In this document: positions 51,960-60,613 of the stretch, in pieces
Position numbering within the stretch: position 1 is the stretch's first letter
Layout: each line of letters opens with the position of its first letter
Assembly: GCA_028286645.1 (NCBI GenBank)
Contig: JAQBRF010000002.1
Coordinates: forward strand, 186,518-250,517
Direction of reading: 5' to 3'
From: Candidatus Nomurabacteria bacterium
GTDB lineage: Bacteria > Patescibacteriota > Minisyncoccia > Phycocordibacterales > UBA5272
DNA length: 64,000 nucleotides
The notes under the pieces: generated by a model
Databases searched by the model: none
The model's input: only the letters and a program-made list of their open reading frames with translations
What the model was told of the DNA's origin: nothing
Made by a program: the position numbers and the translations under genes

Positions 51960-52190
51960 CGCTTTTATTAATCTACCATCTAAAATCTGTTGTCTATATA
52001 TCTCCTGTATACAGGGACATAAAATTTCTATTCGACAAGTCTTTACAGGATAAATAAAAGGCATAGAATGGACACATATAAAATAATATATAGGACATTT
52101 TAAGAAGAAAGGTAGAGGGAAGGAAAAGTTATTTTATATAAGAGACATTAGCCCGTATGTTGTAAGTTGAAAGGACATATAAGAGACATT

Positions 52191-53072
52191 ATGCAAGAAG
52201 AGACAAAAATTGATTATAATAATTTAGTAGCTAAAAAATCTGAAAAACTTGTTACTGCACTGTATCTGGTTACGGATTTAATGACCGACAACGAAGCTAT
52301 AAAACATGCTCTTAGGAAGAACGCCGTGACTCTTTTGTCCTCTATGAATACATTATCTCAAATGGACGTTAAAGACAGAATAAAGGAATTTAAAGTTTCT
52401 CTTAAAACTGTGACCGAAATAACGTCTTTGCTGCATGTGTCTATTACCACGGGCATTGTCTCAGAGATGAATGGCAAATTACTAATGGACGGATTCCGGG
52501 CTCTTCAGCTTGCCCTAGAAAAAAGACAGCCAATTCTCACTAAAGAAATGTTACACATAGAAGGTGAGGAAAACTTAAATAAAGAAGAGAGCTTCTCTTC
52601 TGCTGTGACGTCTACATCATACGATGTCATCACCCCGCTTTCATTAGTAAGGCTGCATAGTAGCGAGAAGGATTTAAGAGAAACAGAAGAAGCTTTAAAA
52701 CACTCCAGACTGCTTTCTAAGTTTGATAATATAAAGGATAACAAAAGACAGGAATATAATAATATGTCCGATAGACAAGATCACAAAAGGGACACTCATC
52801 CTCAAAAGGAGTCTACTCATAGTTTATTAATGCAACATGCTTCTAAGACAGATGCATCTCTCGCCTCATCTTTTCAAATGCGGAAGCAATCTAGAAGGGA
52901 CCAGATCCTAGCTCTTTTTATTAAAGGGGTAGATATAAGTATAAAGGACATATCTTCGCGCATTAAAGGTTGCAGTGAAAAAACCATCCAAAGAGAATTG
53001 AATGCTCTGCTTGAAGATAACGTAATTGATCGAATCGGCGAGAAAAGATGGAGTAGATATGTCCTTAAGTAA
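52191..53072 (+). CDS. Four-helix-bundle-like N-terminal domain plus C-terminal DeoR-like winged HTH
   Basis: N-terminal K..KL..ALY.VT...E.IK..LR..A; C-terminal SIKDIS..I..CSEKTIQREL..L...I.RIGEKRWSRY. Confidence 0.75.
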   Translation: MQEETKIDYNNLVAKKSEKLVTALYLVTDLMTDNEAIKHALRKNAVTLLSSMNTLSQMDVKDRIKEFKVSLKTVTEITSLLHVSITTGIVSEMNGKLLMDGFRALQLALEKRQPILTKEMLHIEGEENLNKEESFSSAVTSTSYDVITPLSLVRLHSSEKDLRETEEALKHSRLLSKFDNIKDNKRQEYNNMSDRQDHKRDTHPQKESTHSLLMQHASKTDASLASSFQMRKQSRRDQILALFIKGVDISIKDISSRIKGCSEKTIQRELNALLEDNVIDRIGEKRWSRYVLK

Positions 53073-53179
53073 AATAGGATAGTAGGTTTTAGACGCACGC
53101 ATCAAATGTAGAGGTTTCAATGAATTATATCTTCGTATTAATCTGCCATTTATTCTCTAATATTCTAATCTCTGGTTTT

Positions 53180-53392
53180 TTGACTTTACCCTGTAAATGT
53201 GGGAGAATAACGTCCTAGTACAGTAATGTACTACGGGCAGTATTATCCACACATATTTGCAACCTAAAATTGCAATATATATATGGAACAACTATACTGT
53301 CTGCAGACGTCTCTGTTTGAGAGCGTCCTCTGGTATTTGAGATACAATTTATAAGGTATCTTGAAGACAGATAAGATCGTTGACAACAGAAT
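53180..53392 (+). promoter_or_regulatory. Tandem sigma70-like promoters and boxA-like motif upstream of the S-layer-like gene
   Basis: TTGACT-17-GAGAAT (53180-53208), TTGCAA-17-TATACT (53270-53298) and GATCGTTGACAACAGAAT (53375-53392). Confidence 0.55.
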
Positions 53393-53586
53393 AGTGACGC
53401 AGATTAAAAGTAATAATTAAGGTATGAAAATATTTTTAATTTTTACTAATTTTCGAAATCAACATTCGGTCCGAAACGGTCGTCTGTCAAAAAAGCGATA
53501 TGTTTAGTTATGTCGAAACTAAATAAACATATTGCGTGGTGCGTATTAATAAACACATCATTTCACAAATCTTATAAGCATAGTTT

Positions 53587-56500
53587 ATGTCTAAAACTCA
53601 AATGAAGATTGCTACATCAATAGCAATCGTCGGAGGTATGATCGCTAGTGCACTTAGTGCATCAGCGGCTCTCAACCTTCCAACAGTGAGCTGCTCATAT
53701 ACGTTTAATACGAATATGAGACTTGGCTCAAGAGGTACAGATGTTATGAATCTTCAAAAGACTCTTAACATGTGGCCACAGACACGTGTAGCAGTATCAG
53801 GTGCAGGTTCTTCAGGAATGGAGACTTCAACATTTGGTCCAGCAACTCGTGCCGCAGTGAATAAATTCCAAGCTCTACATCTTGTAGAACTAGGAATCAC
53901 TGCACCAACAGGAAATGTGTACGCAGGTACACGTGCCCTACTTAACATGGCATGCGCCGGTCAGTCGACTCTTCCAGCAGGTTGTACATCAACTTCTGGA
54001 TTCAGCCCAACTACAGGACAGTCATGTGGAAACGGTCAGCCTACAACAACAACTCCTGGTCAGACAAGTGGCCCAGTTAGCGCAGTGCTATCAGGTTCAC
54101 AGCCTACAGGAACTATTGTTTCAGGACAGGCCGGTGCTCGTTTAGCTGACATTACTTTCACTGGAAACGGTACAGTTACAAACGTACAGTTACAGAGAAT
54201 CGGAGTGTCATCTGACGCAACACTAAATAATGTCTACCTATATGATGGAAATGTTCGTATCACAGATGCAGCATCCGTTATAACAGGTGGTTACATTAAC
54301 TTCAACGCTCCTTCAGGACTCTTTACTGTAAATGGATCACGTACAATAACTGTACGCGCTGACATTGCAGCAGGGACTACAGCGGGTCAGACAGTTGGAG
54401 TAAAACTTAACAGCGTAACTGCAGGAGGAAATAAGACTACATTTACAAATGTAGTTGGAAATACTCTTTCAACAGCGTCTGTTACTACAGCTTCAGTTAA
54501 CTTTGCAACAATTGCAACAACAACACGAACTGTCGATGCTGGAACTACAAACTTCAACGTTTGGTCAGGTTCAGCTAACGTCGGAACACGTGATGTATGG
54601 TTCAGAGCCGCAACTTTCAAGTTCGTCGGTTCAGCTCCAGTTGATTCACTAGCAAACCTTAGCCTCTATGTAGACGGTACTAAGGTAGCTGGTCCTGCAA
54701 CAGTTAATGCTGCAAACAACAACAAAGTAACATTTGATTTCGGTAATGCACCATATCTTCTAAAGACTGGTACACACACAATCGATGTCCGCGGAGATGT
54801 TGTAAAGGGTTCAAACAGAACAATTACTTTCTCAGTTGAGAACGTATCTGATCTAATGTTTGAAGACTCACAGCTTTCTGGCGTTAACATCGCCGCCGTT
54901 GTAAACAACCAACCGTTTACACAAAGCGGTGCAACGTATGGAACAATTACTGTTAACAGAGGAACTGTAACAGCAAATGTAGACCCAGCATTTACAGCTA
55001 ATCGCGTAACTGGTGGTGCTACAAATGTTCCAATCTCACAGTTTATTCTTAAGGCATACGGTGAAGATGTAAAAGTTAACACTCTTACAGTAACTCCTAC
55101 ACTTTCAGGTGCTCAGATCTCCGGATCTACAACTCCTGTAGTAACCGGACTTCAGAATGTAAGCCTATATGTAAACGGTGGTCAAGTTGGAACTTCACAA
55201 AATATGACTGGAAATTCACAAGCGTTAACCTTTAACTTAGGTTCATCTCTAGTTGTTCCAGCTGGTCAGACAGTAACTCTTACTGTAAAAGCTGACACAG
55301 TGAACGGAAACAATTCTGCTTATACAGCAGGTACTGTTTCTGCTTCAATCAGCGGTTCAAACAATGCACAAGGACAAAGTTCATATGAACTTACATCTGT
55401 GCCAGGTGCTGCTGTAACAGGTAATACTCTTACAATAGGTGCCGGAGCTGGTACATTTGCTCGAACATCAGGATTTGCTGCTACTACAGTTTCTCCTAAT
55501 TCAACAAATGTAAGAGTTGGATCATTCACACTACAGGCAAATTCATCTGAAGCAGTGCGAGTTAACTCAATTGGAGTTAACACAAACGTTTCAGGTTATG
55601 CTCAAACAAATATCAGTAACTTAAGAGTGCAGACCGGCTCAACAGTTCTTGGAACTCCAGTAGGAAATCCAGCAACTGGAACCACAACATTCTCATTTAA
55701 TGACGTTACAATTCCTGCAAATGGAACAATGACATTCGATGTGTATGCTGATATCGGTGGTGCTACAACTGGCTCAACTACAGTTGCTATGGACATTACT
55801 TATCGTGGTGCTGTAAGTAACACAACAACAACCTCATCAGCTGCAGGTTCAACTGTTACTACATCAGCCGCAACTCTATCTGCCCCAACATTGAACTCAA
55901 GCTCACCAGTTTCACAGTTCGTAGTTGGTGGATCAACATTTGGAATTGCAACATTCAAGCTAGGTACAGTTACATCTGGAACTCAGGCGAATGTTCGTGA
56001 ATTACGCTTCACAACAACAGGAACAGATGCTATTGAAAGCATCACTGTTGGAGGTGTAACTTCATCGGTAATTTCTAACGGAACAACAACTGTTTCAGGA
56101 ATCAACATCCCTATCTCTTCAAGCGGTACAGATGTTCCTGTAATAGTTAAGTTCGCACAATTCCAGAACAATGCAGTGGGTCAATCAGGCTCACTACAGT
56201 CAGGTGCTACTACAACTGTAACCCTAGGTTACATTGAAGCAACATCTGGATCAGGTTCAGTAGTTTCTACTACAACAACAGCAACTTCTAACGCTATGAG
56301 ACTAGTAGGATCAAAGCCTACAGTTTCAGTAAGTGCAGGAGCAACAAATTACCTTCAGTTAAATGCTGAAAGTAAGGTTGGTGAAGTAACGGTAACTGCT
56401 GACGCTAACGGAAGAATCTCTGTCGATCAGATAAGATTCAATGTTAGTGCTAACGGTGTATCTGCAGCAACATTCGGTTCATTCAGAATTGCTGACGGAA

Positions 56501-56790
56501 ACACAACTATCAGCAACAGCTCTACAGTTGTTACTTCAACAAGTACTAACTCAGCTGTTGTCACATCTACGTTCTCACCAAGTTACGACATAACTGCAGG
56601 TACATCAAAGACCTTCACACTATTCGGAACAATCGGAGGAACACAGACAGGTAGCGCAATCCCACAGGCTGTATCATCAGTCGATGCATCTAACTTCCTT
56701 TGGAAAGATGTTATTGGAGGAAACACTCAGTACTCTGGTGTTCTAATCTTTAACTTCCCAACAAATAGTTACGCTACTCGTTCACAATAA
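53587..56790 (+). CDS. Large secreted S-layer-like surface protein with N-terminal peptidoglycan-binding domain
   Basis: Signal peptide, PG_binding_1-like (FGPATRAAV.KFQ), Thr/Ser/Gly/Val-rich beta repeats and strongly biased codons (ACA/TCA/GGT). Confidence 0.8.
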   Translation: MSKTQMKIATSIAIVGGMIASALSASAALNLPTVSCSYTFNTNMRLGSRGTDVMNLQKTLNMWPQTRVAVSGAGSSGMETSTFGPATRAAVNKFQALHLVELGITAPTGNVYAGTRALLNMACAGQSTLPAGCTSTSGFSPTTGQSCGNGQPTTTTPGQTSGPVSAVLSGSQPTGTIVSGQAGARLADITFTGNGTVTNVQLQRIGVSSDATLNNVYLYDGNVRITDAASVITGGYINFNAPSGLFTVNGSRTITVRADIAAGTTAGQTVGVKLNSVTAGGNKTTFTNVVGNTLSTASVTTASVNFATIATTTRTVDAGTTNFNVWSGSANVGTRDVWFRAATFKFVGSAPVDSLANLSLYVDGTKVAGPATVNAANNNKVTFDFGNAPYLLKTGTHTIDVRGDVVKGSNRTITFSVENVSDLMFEDSQLSGVNIAAVVNNQPFTQSGATYGTITVNRGTVTANVDPAFTANRVTGGATNVPISQFILKAYGEDVKVNTLTVTPTLSGAQISGSTTPVVTGLQNVSLYVNGGQVGTSQNMTGNSQALTFNLGSSLVVPAGQTVTLTVKADTVNGNNSAYTAGTVSASISGSNNAQGQSSYELTSVPGAAVTGNTLTIGAGAGTFARTSGFAATTVSPNSTNVRVGSFTLQANSSEAVRVNSIGVNTNVSGYAQTNISNLRVQTGSTVLGTPVGNPATGTTTFSFNDVTIPANGTMTFDVYADIGGATTGSTTVAMDITYRGAVSNTTTTSSAAGSTVTTSAATLSAPTLNSSSPVSQFVVGGSTFGIATFKLGTVTSGTQANVRELRFTTTGTDAIESITVGGVTSSVISNGTTTVSGINIPISSSGTDVPVIVKFAQFQNNAVGQSGSLQSGATTTVTLGYIEATSGSGSVVSTTTTATSNAMRLVGSKPTVSVSAGATNYLQLNAESKVGEVTVTADANGRISVDQIRFNVSANGVSAATFGSFRIADGNTTISNSSTVVTSTSTNSAVVTSTFSPSYDITAGTSKTFTLFGTIGGTQTGSAIPQAVSSVDASNFLWKDVIGGNTQYSGVLIFNFPTNSYATRSQ

Positions 56791-56870
56791 TCTGCGCCAC
56801 AATATTCTGCTTGACCGGTATTTCATAAGAAATACTTAGGTTAAAGAATAACTAACAAAGATTAGTTGTA

Positions 56871-56900
56871 GAAAAAACCACCCGAAAGGGTGGTTTTTTC
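56871..56900 (+). terminator. Intrinsic terminator
   Basis: GAAAAAACCACCC-gaaa-GGGTGGTTTTTTC. Confidence 0.9.
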
Positions 56901-57089
56901 GTTTCCTTTTCCCAACCCGGAAGGCTCCCGATTTCTTAGATTTTAATAAATCTTTTGAAATCGCAGTACTTATAAGTGGTGGTTTTTTCGTTGTCATTAA
57001 TGAAGCCTGAAAGCAGTAAAAATTAGATTTCTTTGCTCTGTCGGCAAGATTGCTAAGTCTAAAAATTTCTGTTAGTATGGATTTTGTAA

Positions 57090-57220
57090 ACCAAAGAAGT
57101 CAGTGAAAATAGTTTATTTTCATAAATCTGGCGGAGGTAACTTATATAGATAAACTCTGTATATTTACTCTAAATTTGTTTTATCAGATAGTTAGTTATC
57201 TGTTTATTGAATTCCGCTAG
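57090..57220 (+). promoter_or_regulatory. Putative L10 leader (autoregulatory RNA)
   Basis: AAGA.GTCAG-hairpin-TAAAT-CTGGC-GGAGG resembles the L10 leader core; lies directly upstream of rplJ. Confidence 0.55.
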
Positions 57221-57251
57221 CGGCTAACGGCTAACGGCTTATAGCTACCAC

Positions 57252-57743
57252 ATGGCATTATCACGCACAAAGAAAGCCGAACTTATAAAGGGTTATGAAG
57301 ATGCCCTTAAAGGTTCAAAAAGTGCTGTGTATATTAAGTTCAAGGGGCTTTCGGTTCAGGACACAAGCATTCTCCGCGGACAGTTATTTAATGAAAATAC
57401 TCATTATACAGTAGTAAAGAAAACTCTTTGGAAGCGAGCAACAGATGCTGCTAAAATCCAAGGAGAAACACCTACTACAGGAGAAGAGCTTGCGGTTGTT
57501 TGGGGAGAAGATCTCCTGGCTCCTGCTCGAATCTCATATGAATTTAGTAAGACTCATAAGGACAGTTTCGCAATTTTAGGAGGCATTTTTGATGGGGTTT
57601 TCAAAAACCAGCAAGAAATGCTAGCTATTGCGACTATTCCTCCTCGTGAAGTTCTGTTATCACAGCTTGCATACCTTCTAAAATCTCCAATAACAAGACT
57701 TGCTATTGGTTTATCAGAAGTTGCAAAGACAAAGTCAGCATAA
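57252..57743 (+). CDS. rplJ: 50S ribosomal protein L10
   Basis: F.GLSV....LR, V.KKTL, IP.REVLL; precedes rplL. Confidence 0.95.
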   Translation: MALSRTKKAELIKGYEDALKGSKSAVYIKFKGLSVQDTSILRGQLFNENTHYTVVKKTLWKRATDAAKIQGETPTTGEELAVVWGEDLLAPARISYEFSKTHKDSFAILGGIFDGVFKNQQEMLAIATIPPREVLLSQLAYLLKSPITRLAIGLSEVAKTKSA

Positions 57744-57846
57744 AGGTAAATTGATTTAAGATTAAAGATTCACGATTTAAGAATTTATTCATAAATCATA
57801 AATCCTAATTCATAAATCAAAATTATAAAAATAATTTTTAACAAAC

Positions 57847-58209
57847 ATGGATAAATTTAAAGATCTATTAGATAAGATTGACGGGATGTCAGTTCTTGAG
57901 CTTAACGATTTAGTTAAGGCTATTGAAGAAAAGTTCGGAGTCTCAGCTCAAGCGGTTGCAGCAGCACCAGCTGCAGCAGCTGCTGCAGATGAAGGAAAAG
58001 ACGCATACACTGTTCACTTAGCTTCAGCTGGAGAACAGAAGATCGCAGTTATGAAAGTGGTGAAAGAGGCTCTTGGTCTTGGTCTTAAGGAAGCAAAGGA
58101 TATGGTAGACGGAGCTCCAGTAGATCTTAAGGCTAATGTTAAGAAGACAGAAGCAGAAGAAATGAAGAAGAAACTGGAGGAGGCAGGGGCCAAGGTAGAG
58201 TTAAAGTAA
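57847..58209 (+). CDS. rplL: 50S ribosomal protein L7/L12
   Basis: [31 protein letters not shown]. Confidence 0.99.
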   Translation: MDKFKDLLDKIDGMSVLELNDLVKAIEEKFGVSAQAVAAAPAAAAAADEGKDAYTVHLASAGEQKIAVMKVVKEALGLGLKEAKDMVDGAPVDLKANVKKTEAEEMKKKLEEAGAKVELK

Positions 58210-58214
58210 ACAAA

Positions 58215-58244
58215 ATAAAAATCCCCATTGAGGGGATTTTTATT
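58215..58244 (+). terminator. Intrinsic terminator
   Basis: ATAAAAATCCCC-attga-GGGGATTTTTAT. Confidence 0.85.
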
Positions 58245-58260
58245 TTGTTTAAACTACTTT

Positions 58261-58372
58261 GGTCCCGGCTTGGGAAGGGGTCGGGAAACGGGAGTTTCCC
58301 GATGTAGGAGAACAGCGAGCTTGCGAGCGATAGGAACCGCGGGTTCCTATGGAGAAGCTAATGCTTCGACGG
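58261..58372. repeat. GC-rich multi-hairpin intergenic element
   Basis: Perfect stems TCGGGAAAC/GTTTCCCGA (58281-58302) and ATAGGAACC/GGTTCCTAT (58330-58350) with a GCGAGC repeat between. Confidence 0.6.
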
Positions 58373-58445
58373 CTGGTGCGAAAGTTGATTCATTTAAATT
58401 AGTAGATGCGGTTCGGAGTATTTATAGAAAAATACATTTTATTCT

Positions 58446-58643
58446 TTGCGAAATAACGTAACCCACGATAGTATAGAACCTTACCCATGCTCATTTCTGG
58501 GCGGGAGTTGTTCAAAAAAAGGGGATTGGATTGATAAAGAATGTCCTGATTGCTTGCGTTGTTGCCCTGATTGCTCTTTCCTGCAAGGGGGAGAGAAAAA
58601 AGAAAAAACAGCAACCTCCTGCAGAAAGCGTCGAAGCCTATAA
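58446..58643 (+). CDS. Possible small Cys-rich protein
   Basis: C..C...CPDC..CCPDC; start uncertain. Confidence 0.3.
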   Translation: MRNNVTHDSIEPYPCSFLGGSCSKKGDWIDKECPDCLRCCPDCSFLQGGEKKEKTATSCRKRRSL

Positions 58644-58784
58644 GCAAGATGATCTTAACGAAGCCCTTATGGGTTTCCCGGGGGTTCCTTTCAAAAAGCG
58701 GTAGCGAGAGCCTTTATGGCTTATGGTCTCGGGTCATCCCGGGGCCTTTTATTTTACCTCCGTTTTCTGTACAATGTAAGACAT

Positions 58785-59393
58785 ATGGAACTTCTGTCGC
58801 GATTGCTTGGCGGTGTAGATAGGGTGAAAATCATGCGTTTTTTCTTGCATCATGACGACGGAACTTTTACACCGAAAGACATTGTAGACAAAACAAAGTC
58901 CAAGAATAACATTATAAGAAAAGAACTCGGAGCCCTGTCAGCTATTGGATTTATAGAAAGAAAGAGGACTCGAACTATTTCAAAAAATGGAAAAGGCAAG
59001 GAAATCCTCGGATATAGGTTAAACCAAAGTTTCCCGCATAATCAAGCGCTTAAAGATTTACTCTTTGATTTTGAATTATTAGATAAAAGAGAGTTAGCAT
59101 CCAGATTTAAAACTGTTGGACGCATAAAGCTATTTATAGTTTCGGGAGTATTTGTAGGTGAAGAAAAATCCCGTGTTGATATATTGATTGTAGGAGAGGC
59201 CATTAAAAAACCAAAAGCAGAAAAGATTTTAGAAACGCTGTCGGCAGAACTTGGACGAGAAGTAGTCTATTCGATTATGGATGTAGAAGAATATGAATAT
59301 AGATACAAAATGTACGATAAATTCGTAAGAGACATATTTGATATGCCACACGAAAAGGTAGTAGATAAAATTACAGAAAAAGTTTTTATATAG
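58785..59393 (+). CDS. Winged-HTH plus nucleotidyltransferase-like domain protein
   Basis: Start MELLSRLLG at 58785; wHTH (R.KI..FF...EL..L..IG.I) then SGVF....S.VDILIVG. Confidence 0.75.
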   Translation: MELLSRLLGGVDRVKIMRFFLHHDDGTFTPKDIVDKTKSKNNIIRKELGALSAIGFIERKRTRTISKNGKGKEILGYRLNQSFPHNQALKDLLFDFELLDKRELASRFKTVGRIKLFIVSGVFVGEEKSRVDILIVGEAIKKPKAEKILETLSAELGREVVYSIMDVEEYEYRYKMYDKFVRDIFDMPHEKVVDKITEKVFI

Positions 59394-60324
59394 AAGGGGT
59401 AAACTGAAGCAGGTAAGATTTATAGATTGAGATATATTTATTGAAACGATCCTGATCTTCTTTTGTGGTAGTTGCCGGGGTTCCCACTTTTGTAAAAACT
59501 GTATTTGTAAGTCCCATAGTTTTAGCTTTTTGATTCATATAATCTACGTAGGTAGGTTCACCTAAAGCGTAGGTATAAATCTTGCTTACATCATCATCTT
59601 CCTTTAATAAAAGTCTGGGGATTAATCTCCTTCTTGTCGTTACAGTAACTCTGTCAGTATCTAGTATGTCATTATCTTGAGGCAAAACTTCAAGCGAGAC
59701 TATCGCAACCATCTGTCTAGTCATTGTCATGTCTTCTATTTTATCGCTTGAAGTTGCCGTAGGAAGGAAATCGTTTTCGCCTCCACGAGTAATAATAATA
59801 GGAGTTCCTTTTTCAATAAACTCATATACAGTCTTAGCGTCTTCATCTCCTATTCGTATGCACCCTCCGCTGTATTCGCTAGACACTTTTTCTCCGCCTT
59901 CATAATAAGGAATGCCATGAATGAAAAAGTTGCCGAAAACGTGAACGCTATAGGGCATATAAACGTGCCCTATAGAGCTGAAGTGATTTCGTATTTTATA
60001 ATCATTTACATATTCTCCTCCGATTGTTTCATAGTATTTGCCTTGAGGCCCTTGAGCGACTATCGGCATGGTGGCAACGGTCGTGCTTCCATCGTGCAGT
60101 TCGAGCGTCATTTGATCTAAATGAACTACTACATACTTACCAGTTCTTACATATGGCAAAGGGGTATCATTTTTAATATCAATTTTAGTGTCGAGAGTTT
60201 GTATAACATTCTGAACTACGGGGCTTTCTTTAAATGAAGGAGAGATTATATGGATAATTCCGCCAATAAACAAAATCACTACGAGGATGGCGATTATTTT
60301 ACTTAAGTTAAAAGATGTAAACAT
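59386..60324 (-). CDS. L,D-transpeptidase (YkuD) fused to a degenerate D,D-carboxypeptidase-like segment
   Basis: FFIHGIP...SGGCIR; C-terminal V..MN.KA..MGL.NT.F; start reassigned to 60324. Confidence 0.8.
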   Translation of the reverse strand: MFTSFNLSKIIAILVVILFIGGIIHIISPSFKESPVVQNVIQTLDTKIDIKNDTPLPYVRTGKYVVVHLDQMTLELHDGSTTVATMPIVAQGPQGKYYETIGGEYVNDYKIRNHFSSIGHVYMPYSVHVFGNFFIHGIPYYEGGEKVSSEYSGGCIRIGDEDAKTVYEFIEKGTPIIITRGGENDFLPTATSSDKIEDMTMTRQMVAIVSLEVLPQDNDILDTDRVTVTTRRRLIPRLLLKEDDDVSKIYTYALGEPTYVDYMNQKAKTMGLTNTVFTKVGTPATTTKEDQDRFNKYISIYKSYLLQFTPSI

Positions 60325-60380
60325 ATGTTTCCGACTATACCATATAAGTGGATAATCGCGAAAATGTGACAATTTTAAAG

Positions 60381-60477
60381 GTATACCCCCCCACACCAAA
60401 GCTTGTTTATAAAACTTTTTCTAAAACCCTAAATATGTACATAAACATCTTTATATAACTTTGGTGTGGGGGTATAC
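60381..60477. mobile_element. MITE-like element with CCCCCACACC terminal inverted repeats (copy 2)
   Basis: GTATACCCCCCCACACCAAAG ... CTTTGGTGTGGGGGTATAC. Confidence 0.6.
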
Positions 60478-60613
60478 TAAAGGTACCTTTATATGTCGAA
60501 GTATAAAGGTGTTTGCCCCGTAGTAAACATTTTATTTAAGTCTTTGTATAAAGATTGATTCTAAGTTTAATTACAGGGCATAATACACACTTTTATAATT
60601 AATAATTTCTAAT

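Noticed and set aside
52191-53072. Diversity-generating retroelement suggested by the Avd-like domain
   Set aside because: No reverse transcriptase and no template/variable repeat pair seen in the window.
53243-53251. DnaA box as evidence for oriC
   Set aside because: Single perfect box with no cluster and no dnaA/dnaN nearby; kept only as a possible regulatory site.
10940-56171. Many antisense ORFs inside fusA, tuf, ribosomal genes, recA, ftsK and the S-layer-like gene
   Set aside because: Reverse-frame shadows of biased coding sequence with no independent signals.
58261-58372. tRNA gene
   Set aside because: No cloverleaf or T-loop GTTCGA in the proper context.
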